Source: an uncultured Pelagibacteraceae bacterium | GTDB taxonomy: Bacteria; Pseudomonadota; Alphaproteobacteria; Pelagibacterales; AG-422-B15 | Assembly (NCBI GenBank): GCA_902510025.1 | Contig: CABWZX010000003.1 | Span: forward strand, 1 to 62,180 | Reading direction: 5' to 3' | Length of the DNA: 62,180 bases | Shown here: positions 32,156 to 41,585 of the stretch, in pieces | How the letters are laid out: each line of letters starts with the position of its first letter | How positions within the stretch are numbered: position 1 is the stretch's first letter | The notes under the pieces: generated by a model | What the model saw: only the letters and a program-made list of their open reading frames with translations | The model's database searches: none | Told to the model about the DNA's origin: nothing | Position numbers and translations under genes: made by a program

Positions 32156-32231
32156 TGGTGCCCTCACACGGACTTGAACCGCGAACCTATTGATTACAAA
32201 TCAATTGCTCTACCAATTGAGCTATGAGGGC
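32156..32231 (-). tRNA. tRNA-Thr(UGU)
   Basis: Reverse complement GCCCTCATAGCTCAATTGG...TT-TGT-AA...GGTTCAAGTCC...GAGGGCACCA. Confidence 0.96.
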
Positions 32232-32248
32232 AAAAAGGTCTTTCGAGG

Positions 32249-32277
32249 TTTATAATTTACCATATTCATGCAGTCAA
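32249..32277 (-). promoter_or_regulatory. sigma70 promoter of tRNA-Thr
   Basis: Minus strand TTGACT-17 nt-TATAAA. Confidence 0.7.
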
Positions 32278-32325
32278 TTAAAAGCTGTCTAATTGTATTT
32301 TTAAAGAAATATATTGATTTTAGAC

Positions 32326-33501
32326 TTACATATTTTTAACTAGGAAACCCATTTGTTTCACTAGAATTTCATGAGCTTGTGGTCCAACATGACAAAAATC
32401 AATGTAGCAATCATTACAGCCATCATAAGTTCTTGAAAGGTCAATAAAATTTATTTTTGAATCAAGTGCATATGACCTAATGAGAGGATAAACCGTCTTG
32501 TATTGGTTAGACATCTCCTGAATACTTCGATCACTTACACCTTCTTTTAAAATATTAAGATAGTCAATATTTGGGGTTCCAATATATGATACAGGTTGGA
32601 GTATAGCAAAAAATTCTAGATTATTCGCCTCTGATAATTGAGCAGCTTGTTTCCATGTTTCTACAAGTACACGAGCAACGTAATGAGCTCGATTTTTATC
32701 ATCAGCACAAGAGTAGTAGAGCTCTGCTTTTTTATTTTTAGAAGTGTTAATAGAAGGTTTAAGTTTTCTTTTTACAACTTGGAACATATCAATTAATTGT
32801 GAAAAAGTTCTTTTAAAACTCCACTTGTTATCTCGATCCCCAGGCATCCATAGATTTATTACTTTTTCCTTTTCCAATGTATTTCTTATTTTTTCTTCAT
32901 ATACAGTGTTTAATCCTAAAACTTCTGATCTGCAAAGAGATGCGATATCATTAACTCCATCATAAAAAACAACAGTACTTTTTTTGTTAGAACCATTAAT
33001 TTTTTTCTGAATTAATAGATTTTGCAAATATGCTAAAGATTGCCTAGCTGAATAACCATCTTCACCAAAATTAAAAGACTTAATATGATATTCTTTAGAA
33101 AATAAAGAAGGAAAAGTATTCTCGTCATTAACACCAGTACCCCAAGTGGTTGAGCCTCCAAAAAACAAAACTTCTTGATTTGAAGATTTTATATTAGCCT
33201 CTAAAGTTATACGATTGCCGTTTTTTATATTTATTGTTTCGCCATTAAAATCATCTCTTCTCCACGTTATAAAATCATAATATTTTACAGGTATAATAGA
33301 TAATTCTTCAAAGTGTTTTTTTGCCCAATTATGTTCAGAATATAAATGCACATCTGACCTTTTGTCATTAAAAGATTGAGTTAAATTATCATTAAGAAAA
33401 ATTTTCCATATTCCAAAAATTATAGGTGGTGAAATAATTAATAAAAACAATAAAGAAAAAATTAGGGAAATGTTTATTGCTAAAATTTTAATCCAGTTCA
33501 T
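32326..33501 (-). CDS. membrane-anchored SGNH/GDSL hydrolase family protein
   Basis: N-terminal TM; FFGGSTTWG (block I), FYDGVND (block III), DFCH (block V). Confidence 0.8.
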   Translation of the reverse strand: MNWIKILAINISLIFSLLFLLIISPPIIFGIWKIFLNDNLTQSFNDKRSDVHLYSEHNWAKKHFEELSIIPVKYYDFITWRRDDFNGETINIKNGNRITLEANIKSSNQEVLFFGGSTTWGTGVNDENTFPSLFSKEYHIKSFNFGEDGYSARQSLAYLQNLLIQKKINGSNKKSTVVFYDGVNDIASLCRSEVLGLNTVYEEKIRNTLEKEKVINLWMPGDRDNKWSFKRTFSQLIDMFQVVKRKLKPSINTSKNKKAELYYSCADDKNRAHYVARVLVETWKQAAQLSEANNLEFFAILQPVSYIGTPNIDYLNILKEGVSDRSIQEMSNQYKTVYPLIRSYALDSKINFIDLSRTYDGCNDCYIDFCHVGPQAHEILVKQMGFLVKNM

Positions 33502-35326
33502 ATTTTTCCTTATAGTTTTCTTTAAGGCTTTTATCTTGATCTTCTTTATAAAGAAGAAAATCTTCGACTATTAGAATATCTAGTTCTGTGCCCATAAAGC
33601 ATTTAAACGCATCTTCTGGGGAGCAGACGATTGGTTCTCCGCGAACATTAAATGATGTATTTACTATTAAAGGACAATTCGTTAGTTCTTTAAATTGAGA
33701 AATAAGAGAATAATAGCGAGGATTGGTATCTTTGTGAACTGTTTGGATTCGTGCACTATAATCTACGTGTGTAACAGCGGGGACACTAGAACGTGGAATA
33801 TTTAGTTTATCAATTCCAAATAAAGATTTTTGGTCATTAGTCATATTTAAACATTTATCTTTCTTAACACCAGCTACTATCATCATGTATGGACTGTCTT
33901 CGGTTAATGTAAACCAATCACTAACGTTTTCACTTATAATGCTTGGCGCAAAGGGTCGGAAACTTTCCCTATATTTAACTTTGAGATTAAGTTGTTTTTG
34001 CATAACTTTAGATCTTGGATCGGCAATAATACTTCTAGCTCCCAATGCTCTTGGTCCAAACTCCATTCTTCCTTGCATCCATCCTATTGCCTTTCCTTTT
34101 GATAATTCAATAGCAGTTCTTTCTATAAGATTTGCTTCATCTAATTTATGATAGCTTGCCCCAGTATTTTTAAGAAATAGTTCTATCTCATTATTTGAAT
34201 ATTTAGGTCCTAATAGAGAACCTTTCATCATATCACCTTGAGGATTTTGATTTCGAGGCTTATTATACATAATATAGTAAGCACCCATAGCTGCCCCAAG
34301 AGCTCCTCCTGCATCTCCAGCGGCTGGTTGTATCCAAATTTTATCAAATATTTTTTCTGATTGAAGAATACCATTAGCAACACAGTTCAATGCTACTCCT
34401 CCAGCTAAACATAAATTTTTTTCCCCAGTTTCTTTAGAAATAGATTTTGCTAATTTTATTAAAACTTCTTCAGTTACTTTTTGTACTGAAGATGCAAGAT
34501 CCATTTCTTTTTGTGTAATTGATTCCTCAGATTTTCGTGGTGGGCCACCAAATAAATTATCAAACTTCTTATTTGTCATTTTTAATCCAGTGCAGTAATC
34601 AAAATAATCCATATTCAGATGAAAACTTCCATCTTCTTTTATGTCTATTAGTTTTTCTTTTATTAATTTTGTATATTTAGGCTCTCCATATGGAGCTAGT
34701 CCCATAACTTTATATTCACCAGAATTTACTTTAAAACCAATGTAATATGTAAAAGCAGAATACAGTAGACCTAGAGAGTGAGGGAAATGGATCTCCTTAT
34801 GGACTGATATTTTGTTTTGATGTCCAATTGCAAGTGATGTTGTCGTCCATTCTCCAACTCCATCTAATGTAAGTATAGCTGCTTTATTAAAAGGGGATGG
34901 AAAGAATGCACTAGCTGCATGAGATAAGTGGTGTTCAGAGAATAATAAACGATTATGCCAATTTATTTTTTCTTTAAATGTATTCTCTAATTCTCTTACG
35001 AGCAAAGATTTCTGGAAAAGTTTATCTCTTATCCATAATGGCATTGCTTTAAAGAAGCTACGAAAACCACGTGGTGCAAAAGCAAGATAAGTCTCAATTA
35101 ATCTTTCAAATTTAAGGAAAGGTTTTTCATAAAAAACTACTGATTCTAATTTTGAAGGTAAAATTTTTGCTTCTTTTAAACAATATTTAATAGCATTTCT
35201 AGGAAAGTCTTGATCATGTTTTTTCCTTGTAAAACGTTCTTCTTGAGCTGCAGCTACAATAATTCCATCTTTTAGGATACAAGCTGCACTATCATGATAC
35301 CAAGCTGATATTCCAAGTATGTACAT
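33488..35326 (-). CDS. O-carbamoyltransferase (NodU/CmcH/SxtI family)
   Basis: YHDSAA, EHHLSHAAS, TLDGVGE, EYKVMGLAPYG, GGVALN, EFGPRALG, NTSFNVRGEP. Confidence 0.95.
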   Translation of the reverse strand: MYILGISAWYHDSAACILKDGIIVAAAQEERFTRKKHDQDFPRNAIKYCLKEAKILPSKLESVVFYEKPFLKFERLIETYLAFAPRGFRSFFKAMPLWIRDKLFQKSLLVRELENTFKEKINWHNRLLFSEHHLSHAASAFFPSPFNKAAILTLDGVGEWTTTSLAIGHQNKISVHKEIHFPHSLGLLYSAFTYYIGFKVNSGEYKVMGLAPYGEPKYTKLIKEKLIDIKEDGSFHLNMDYFDYCTGLKMTNKKFDNLFGGPPRKSEESITQKEMDLASSVQKVTEEVLIKLAKSISKETGEKNLCLAGGVALNCVANGILQSEKIFDKIWIQPAAGDAGGALGAAMGAYYIMYNKPRNQNPQGDMMKGSLLGPKYSNNEIELFLKNTGASYHKLDEANLIERTAIELSKGKAIGWMQGRMEFGPRALGARSIIADPRSKVMQKQLNLKVKYRESFRPFAPSIISENVSDWFTLTEDSPYMMIVAGVKKDKCLNMTNDQKSLFGIDKLNIPRSSVPAVTHVDYSARIQTVHKDTNPRYYSLISQFKELTNCPLIVNTSFNVRGEPIVCSPEDAFKCFMGTELDILIVEDFLLYKEDQDKSLKENYKEKYELD

Positions 35327-35329
35327 AGT

Positions 35330-35737
35330 TTAAAATTGCTGTTTAAAAGATTGTGGATTCAGTTCCTTTGATTCTCTTTTTCTCCAATAGGATTTTTTTG
35401 TTGGACTTTTTAGAAGGAGTTCATCGCGTTTAAATAATCTCATAAAAATTCCTACAGGAGTGAAGATAAGTAAGAAAATAATACCCATAACTACGGGGCT
35501 AACTATTTTTCCTAAGACTATACCTATATATATCCAAAATTTATTTAGTGGTAAAAGTAGCGTATCTTTAAATAATGCTAAAAAGAAAAAAAGAGTACTT
35601 AAACAAATAAATATTGTTGCAATAAATAGATTGTTGTTAAGATAAAAATAGATAGCTATAACTATGAATATTATAGAGAAAAAAATTCCAAATTTTCGAT
35701 TAGAAGGAAGTTCTATTTCATTTTGATTAATAAGCAT
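35330..35737 (-). CDS. SxtJ-family membrane protein
   Basis: SNRKFG, TM helices, PLNKFW...LGKIVSP...FTP.G, SYW, ends KQQF; directly upstream of the carbamoyltransferase. Confidence 0.8.
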   Translation of the reverse strand: MLINQNEIELPSNRKFGIFFSIIFIVIAIYFYLNNNLFIATIFICLSTLFFFLALFKDTLLLPLNKFWIYIGIVLGKIVSPVVMGIIFLLIFTPVGIFMRLFKRDELLLKSPTKKSYWRKRESKELNPQSFKQQF

Positions 35738-35806
35738 TTTACGAATTTTAATTTATATTTAGGTTATGAATATTATTTAACCTTATAGAATATATATGTA
35801 TTAAAC

Positions 35807-35959
35807 TCAAAAAATTGTGTAAATGAATGGTGCAATAATTGGTTGACCTTGAACAAAAATCAATAAACCGCCAATAATCAAAGAAAAAGCAATAATTGGC
35901 GCTAGCCATAGTTTTTTTCTTACTTTTAAAAATTGCCAAAGCTCTGAAATAAAACTCAT
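35807..35959 (-). CDS. SxtK/DUF5989-like 50-aa membrane microprotein (not in ORF track)
   Basis: Manual translation MSFISELWQFLKVRKKLWLAPIIAFSLIIGGLLIFVQGQPIIAPFIYTIF*; RKK.WL.P and APFIYT.F signature. Confidence 0.85.
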   Translation of the reverse strand: MSFISELWQFLKVRKKLWLAPIIAFSLIIGGLLIFVQGQPIIAPFIYTIF

Positions 35960-36064
35960 TTGCTACACTTTATAAAATTATAGTTAAGTTGTCTCGAAAG
36001 AAAAAAACTTTTTGAATTTTTGTAAAACAGGTTTAACCTTTTTCTTCATATACCGGAGTAAATA

Positions 36065-37123
36065 ATGGCAAAAAACTTAATTGAAAGATTAGATTCTGGG
36101 ATTTTACTATGTGCTGAGGGTTACCTTTTTGCAATGGAGCGGAGAGGTTATTTATCAGCAGGAGCATTTGTCCCTGAGGTTGTACTAGAACATCCAGAAG
36201 TTGTAAGTCAGTTACATAGAGAATTTATAAGGGCTGGCTCTGATATCGTTCAAGCATTTACATATTATGGTCATAGAGAAAAACTACGTTTAATTGGGAA
36301 AGAAGAACTTCTAGAACCAATGCAAAAGAACGCTCTGCAGATTGCAAAAGATGCTGCTAAAGAATTTAAAGATTTAGATTTAATGGTTTGTGGTGATGTT
36401 GCGAATACAAATATTTACGATCCTAACGATAAACAAACACATGTCGAATGTCAGAGGATGTTTGAAGAACAAGTTAAATGGGCAAAGGAAGCCGGTGTAG
36501 ATTTTATTATTGCAGAAACTATTAACTGGACTGGTGAGATGGAGATTGCATTAAAAGCAATTAAACAAGAAGGAATTATTGCAATTACAAATTTTGCAAT
36601 TCCAAAAGGTGATGTTACTAGAGAAGGTCATAGCCCTGAAGATGCGTGCAAGATGATGGAAGATCAGGGCGCTGATGTTGTTGGATTGAATTGTTATAGA
36701 GGTCCAGAAATGATGATGAAGTTATTAACAAAGATCAGAGACAAAGTTTCTTGTCATGTTTCAGCTCTACCTGTTCCTTACAGGACAACAGAAGATTACC
36801 CAGGATTTTTAAATCAGCCAGCAGATGTTGTAGATAGTCAGTGCTCATGTATTCCAGGTGAAAATGCATTTCCAGTTGCTTTAGATAATCTTTATTGTAA
36901 TAGATTTGAAATGGCTGAGTTTGCTAAACAATGTGAAAGTCAAAATATTAACTTTATTGGAATATGCTGTGGAGCTGAACCTCATCATGTTAGAGAAATG
37001 GCTGTAGCTCTTGGCAGAAAACCAATATCATACAAATATTACCCTGACATCAGTAGACATTGGTTGCACGGAAAAGATGATTCATTTCTTGATATCAACA
37101 CAAGTATGAGCAAAAAATATTAG
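36065..37123 (+). CDS. bhmT: betaine-homocysteine S-methyltransferase
   Basis: EF.RAGSD..QAFTYY, IAET, Zn ligands GLNC and GICCG; GGAG RBS. Confidence 0.85.
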   Translation: MAKNLIERLDSGILLCAEGYLFAMERRGYLSAGAFVPEVVLEHPEVVSQLHREFIRAGSDIVQAFTYYGHREKLRLIGKEELLEPMQKNALQIAKDAAKEFKDLDLMVCGDVANTNIYDPNDKQTHVECQRMFEEQVKWAKEAGVDFIIAETINWTGEMEIALKAIKQEGIIAITNFAIPKGDVTREGHSPEDACKMMEDQGADVVGLNCYRGPEMMMKLLTKIRDKVSCHVSALPVPYRTTEDYPGFLNQPADVVDSQCSCIPGENAFPVALDNLYCNRFEMAEFAKQCESQNINFIGICCGAEPHHVREMAVALGRKPISYKYYPDISRHWLHGKDDSFLDINTSMSKKY

Positions 37124-37126
37124 TTT

Positions 37127-39535
37127 ATGGAAAGTCACGCCAAGGTAGTAGTTATTGGCGGAGGTGTTGTCGGATGCTCAATTCTTTATCATTTATCTAA
37201 ATTTGGATTGAAAGATTGTATTTTACTTGAGCGTAAGGAATTAACTTCCGGATCCTCTTGGCATGCTGCGGGCAATGTTCATGTGATTTCTTCTGATCCA
37301 AATATTTCTCGGATGATGGCTTATACAATTGGTCTGTATAAAGAGATTGAGCAAGAGTCAGGCCACTCCGTTGGATTTAAAGCAAGCGGGGGATTTTATT
37401 TAGCGTCGAATGATGTATGGGCTGATTATTTAAAAAGAGAAAGGTCTAAAGCACGTTACATGGGCCTAGATCAGGAATTTATTTCATTAGAAGAGGTTAA
37501 AAAAAAACACCCTTTGATTGATCCTAACAAATACCTCTTGGCTTTATGGGATCCAATTGATGGTGAAGTTGATCCTTCAGGAGTAACTTACGCCTTTGCA
37601 AAAGCTGCAAAGGTACATGGTGGAAAATATTATACAAATACAGTGGTTACAGATACTCAACAAAAAACTGATGGGTCTTGGGATGTAATCACTGATAAAG
37701 GAAATATTAATGCAGAAATAGTTATAAATGCAGGAGGTTTATGGGCTAGAGAGGTCGGCAAATTAGCTGGAATTAATTTACCAGTACAACCAATGGAGCA
37801 CCACTATTTAATTACAGAGCCCATTCCTGAAATAGAGGCAATGGGAAACGAAAAAAGGTTGCCTATTGGAACAGATTTTGAAGGCAACATATATTTTAGA
37901 CAAGAGGGGCAAGGTATGTTGCTTGGAACGTATGAACAAAAATCAACTCCTTGGAAAGTTGATGGAACACCTTTAGATTTTGGCCAAGAATTATTAGAAC
38001 CTAAATTAGAAAATATTCAGGATAGATTAGCTATAGGATTTAAGAGGATGCCAGCTTTAGAGAAGGCAGGAATAAAAAACATTGTTAATGGGCCTTTTAC
38101 TTTTGGTCCTGACGGCAGTCCTTTAATAGGTCCAGTGCCTGGAATGAAGAATTACTGGGTTGCAGTTGGTGTGATGGCTGGTTTTTGCCAGGGAGGTGGA
38201 GTAGGAAAATGCATTGCTGAATGGATTATTGATGGTGAACCATCGATAGATGTTTGGGCAATGGACGTTGCTAGGTTTGGTGAATATGCATCACCACATT
38301 ATGGCACGATAAAATCTTCTGAGAATTATGAAAGAAGATTCATTATGACGTTTCCAAATGAAACATTACCTAAAGGAAGAAAACAAAAAACGACAGCATT
38401 GTATGATCGATTTGTATCACAAGGTGCAGTCATGGGTGATAGTTTTGGATTGGAGAATGCCTTATGGTTTGCTAATGACAAAGAAGATGCTTATGAGGAT
38501 CCAACCATCAAACGATCAAGATCACATGAATATGTATCAAAAGAAGTAACTAATGTAAGAGAAAATGTTGGAGTAATTGAATTAGCAAATTTTTCTAAAC
38601 ATGAATTTAAAGGAAAAGAATCAAGAAAATATTTAGATTTTGTACTAGCTGGGCGAATTCCAAAACCAGGTCGAATTTCTTTATGTCCAATGTTGACCAT
38701 GAAGGGCAAATTGTGTGGAGACCTGACTGTGGCTTGTCTTAATGAAGAAGAATTTATTGTTTTTGGATCTGGTGCAGCTCAAGAGGCACATCGCAGGTGG
38801 TTTGAAAGTCATTTTGGCTCTCTAGATGTAAAATATAAAAATAGGTCTGATGATTTTCATGGACTGGCTATAGCAGGGCCAAGATCAAGAGATTTATTAC
38901 AAAAGATAGTTAATGAGGATGTTTCAAATGATACATTTAAATTTAGAGATACGAAGAGGATGTTTGTTGCTGGAGTCCCTGCAATTGTGAACAGGATTTC
39001 TTTTACTGGAGAACTTGGATATGAAATTTATGTAGCTCCCCATTACCAGTTAAAGTTATATGAAGAAATTGAGAGTGCAGGAAAGGAATTTAGCATTAAA
39101 CCTTTTGGCTCTAGAGCTTTGATGTCTATGAGGTTAGAAAAAAATTGGGGAGCATGGACTCTTGATTACAGACCTGATTTTACAGCAAAAGAATCTGGCC
39201 TAGATATTTTTGTAGACTGGAACAAAGATTTTATAGGGAAAGAGAGCGCTATGAATGATAATAGCAATTTAAAGCTAACCTCTCTTCTAATAAAAACCAG
39301 TGATATTGATGTTACAAATAATGAGGCTGTGATGAAAAAAGATAAGAGTATCGGGTATATTACTTCGGGCGGATATGCTCATTATGTAGGACAAAGCATT
39401 GCCTTTTCTTATTTAGATGAAACAGATATAAATTCTGGAGAAAGTATTCAAGTAGAAATCAATGGAGATTTGTACGACTCTATTATTATTAATAAGCCAC
39501 TTTATGACCCTAGTGGTAAAAAGATGAGAATATGA
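37127..39535 (+). CDS. dimethylglycine/sarcosine dehydrogenase-like FAD oxidoreductase with GcvT C-terminal domain
   Basis: GGGVVG, SSWHAAG, EHHY, GPFTFGPDG, RISFTGELGYE, RLEK. Confidence 0.88.
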   Translation: MESHAKVVVIGGGVVGCSILYHLSKFGLKDCILLERKELTSGSSWHAAGNVHVISSDPNISRMMAYTIGLYKEIEQESGHSVGFKASGGFYLASNDVWADYLKRERSKARYMGLDQEFISLEEVKKKHPLIDPNKYLLALWDPIDGEVDPSGVTYAFAKAAKVHGGKYYTNTVVTDTQQKTDGSWDVITDKGNINAEIVINAGGLWAREVGKLAGINLPVQPMEHHYLITEPIPEIEAMGNEKRLPIGTDFEGNIYFRQEGQGMLLGTYEQKSTPWKVDGTPLDFGQELLEPKLENIQDRLAIGFKRMPALEKAGIKNIVNGPFTFGPDGSPLIGPVPGMKNYWVAVGVMAGFCQGGGVGKCIAEWIIDGEPSIDVWAMDVARFGEYASPHYGTIKSSENYERRFIMTFPNETLPKGRKQKTTALYDRFVSQGAVMGDSFGLENALWFANDKEDAYEDPTIKRSRSHEYVSKEVTNVRENVGVIELANFSKHEFKGKESRKYLDFVLAGRIPKPGRISLCPMLTMKGKLCGDLTVACLNEEEFIVFGSGAAQEAHRRWFESHFGSLDVKYKNRSDDFHGLAIAGPRSRDLLQKIVNEDVSNDTFKFRDTKRMFVAGVPAIVNRISFTGELGYEIYVAPHYQLKLYEEIESAGKEFSIKPFGSRALMSMRLEKNWGAWTLDYRPDFTAKESGLDIFVDWNKDFIGKESAMNDNSNLKLTSLLIKTSDIDVTNNEAVMKKDKSIGYITSGGYAHYVGQSIAFSYLDETDINSGESIQVEINGDLYDSIIINKPLYDPSGKKMRI

Positions 39536-40722
39536 AAAAGGAAGATGAAAAAAAATTATCTGATGTATTAGATCTTGCGAAGATAAAGGTAGTTACAAAA
39601 CCTATAGCTGAATCTCACGGTCTTCCTAACGAATGTTATATGAGTGATGAGTATGCTAAGATTGAGAGAAAAAAATTATTTGAAGAAAAATGGTCTGTTA
39701 TTGGTGTTGCAAGTTCTACTCCCAACCCTGGAGATATAAGGCCATTTGATTTATTAGATATTCCACTAATAGTTTTAAGAGATAAAAATAATAAGATCAG
39801 AGTCTTTCATAATGTATGTAGCCATAGAGGATTTAAACTTGTTCAACAGTCAGAAAAATTAAAAAAATTTATAAGATGCCCTTATCATTCATGGTCATAC
39901 GATTTAGAAGGTGAATTAATTTCAACGCCGCATATTGGCGGAGTCGGTACGCATGAGTCAGATGATTTTGATAAATCATGCAATGGATTAAAAGAAGTAA
40001 GGTCTTACGTATGGATGGACCTTATTTTTGTAAATATATCTGCAAAAGCAGAACCATTTGATAAATTTATTAAGCCACTTGATAACCGATGGTCAGAATT
40101 CTTAACGAAGGAAGATAGAAAGTTAATTAGACATGCAATTGATCATGGATATTTTCAATTTAGGGTTAAAAGTAATTGGAAATTTGCCATTGAAAACTAT
40201 TGTGAAAGTTATCATTTGCCTTGGATTCATCCAGATTTAAATTCTTATTCTAAGTTAGAAGATCATTACATGATTCTATCCAATAATAATGGATTTGCTG
40301 GACAAGGCAGTGTTACCTATAATCCAAATTTTATTTCTAAGGAGAAATTTAGTTGTTTTCCAAATTGGCCTAAGGACAAATTAGATCACGCCGAATATAT
40401 TGCACTTTTTCCTAACGTAATGTTAGGAATTCATAGAGATCATTATTTTGCTTTTTGGTTAGAGCCAATTAATCATTCATCTACTATAGAACATATGGAA
40501 GTTTATTATGTTGGAGATGATTCAGCATATTCAGATCAATATAAAGAAATTAGAGAAGAGAATAGTAGTTTGTGGTTTAAGGTGTTATCAGAAGATATTA
40601 ATGCAATTGAAGGAATGCAAGCAGGAAGAAATTCTCCTTCTTATACTGGTGGAAAATTTTCACCAGTAATGGATACAGCAGCCCATCATTTTCACAAGTG
40701 GGTAGCAACAAATATAATTTAA
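39532..40722 (+). CDS. Rieske non-heme iron oxygenase alpha subunit (choline monooxygenase/betaine demethylase-like)
   Basis: CSHRG...CPYHSW Rieske motif; NWK..ENYCESYHLPWIH and ED iron ligands. Confidence 0.88.
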   Translation: MKKEDEKKLSDVLDLAKIKVVTKPIAESHGLPNECYMSDEYAKIERKKLFEEKWSVIGVASSTPNPGDIRPFDLLDIPLIVLRDKNNKIRVFHNVCSHRGFKLVQQSEKLKKFIRCPYHSWSYDLEGELISTPHIGGVGTHESDDFDKSCNGLKEVRSYVWMDLIFVNISAKAEPFDKFIKPLDNRWSEFLTKEDRKLIRHAIDHGYFQFRVKSNWKFAIENYCESYHLPWIHPDLNSYSKLEDHYMILSNNNGFAGQGSVTYNPNFISKEKFSCFPNWPKDKLDHAEYIALFPNVMLGIHRDHYFAFWLEPINHSSTIEHMEVYYVGDDSAYSDQYKEIREENSSLWFKVLSEDINAIEGMQAGRNSPSYTGGKFSPVMDTAAHHFHKWVATNII

Positions 40723-41501
40723 TGTGAAGATTGTAAATCTTTATTGCTTAAATGATAGAATGCAACTGCAGCAGTATTAGATACGTTTAAACTTTCTAAT
40801 TTATCACTAATTTTTATCTTAATTAATTCATCACAGAATGAAGAAGTAATTTTTCTCATCCCATCTGATTCAGATCCTAAAACTAAAACAGTTTTATTCG
40901 GAAAATCTATTTCACTTATTAATTTATTTGCTTTACCATCAAGTCCATATACCCAGTAACCATTATCTTTTAGCGTTTTGATTGCTGAAGATAAGTTGTT
41001 AATATAAGTAAATGGAACTTTATCCAATCCACCACATGCTGATTTCGCTATGAATCCATTTTCATTTACTGATTGGTTTTCTGTAAGAATGATACCGTCA
41101 ATATTAAATGCCAGTGCTGACCTAAAAATTGCCCCAACATTTTGTGAGTCCTCGAGCTGATCAAGAAATACAAGTGTTGAATTATTTTTATCCTGATCAC
41201 TTAAGAATTCTTTAATAGTTTTCTTTTGTATCTTTTCTACACTTAAACATATTCCTTGGTGGTTTATATTTTTGCCAATCAAGTTATCTATTTCTGTTCG
41301 CATTAGAATTTTTTGCTTTACCTTATTTAAGATATCAAGACCTTTTTCTTGTGCCATCCTCTTTTGAGCATCAGCTGTCAACAAGAGCTCATTTTTTCTT
41401 CTATTAGGGTTTTTTAAGGCAGCAACTGTTGCATGATAGCCATAAACCCAAAAGATCGAATTTTGTTGCCTTTTCGCGACTTTTTTGGATTTATTCTTCA
41501 T
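40719..41501 (-). CDS. rlmB: 23S rRNA (Gm2251) 2'-O-methyltransferase
   Basis: YGYH, HQG, NVGAIFRS, LGSE..G, SLNVS. Confidence 0.9.
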   Translation of the reverse strand: MKNKSKKVAKRQQNSIFWVYGYHATVAALKNPNRRKNELLLTADAQKRMAQEKGLDILNKVKQKILMRTEIDNLIGKNINHQGICLSVEKIQKKTIKEFLSDQDKNNSTLVFLDQLEDSQNVGAIFRSALAFNIDGIILTENQSVNENGFIAKSACGGLDKVPFTYINNLSSAIKTLKDNGYWVYGLDGKANKLISEIDFPNKTVLVLGSESDGMRKITSSFCDELIKIKISDKLESLNVSNTAAVAFYHLSNKDLQSSH

Positions 41502-41556
41502 AAGATTCCTAATTTATCAGCTAATTATATCTTGAGGTTAAAATTATTAATATTTA

Positions 41557-41585
41557 TTGATTTAGCCTCATTTTTTAAATATAAG
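41557..41585 (+). promoter_or_regulatory. putative sigma70 promoter of the tRNA-Tyr-Gly-tuf transcript
   Basis: TTGATT-17 nt-TATAAG. Confidence 0.45.

Noticed and set aside
35748-35939. 63-aa ORF from the track
   Set aside because: Out-of-frame overlap with the better-supported SxtK-like ORF at 35807-35959.
32326-35959. Saxitoxin biosynthesis cluster
   Set aside because: Only sxtI/J/K/L-like accessory genes are present; no sxtA PKS-like or sxtG amidinotransferase gene in the window.
35960-36064. SAM-V or other riboswitch upstream of bhmT
   Set aside because: The spacer is AT-rich, must hold divergent promoters, and shows no recognisable riboswitch pairing by eye; an Infernal search would settle it.
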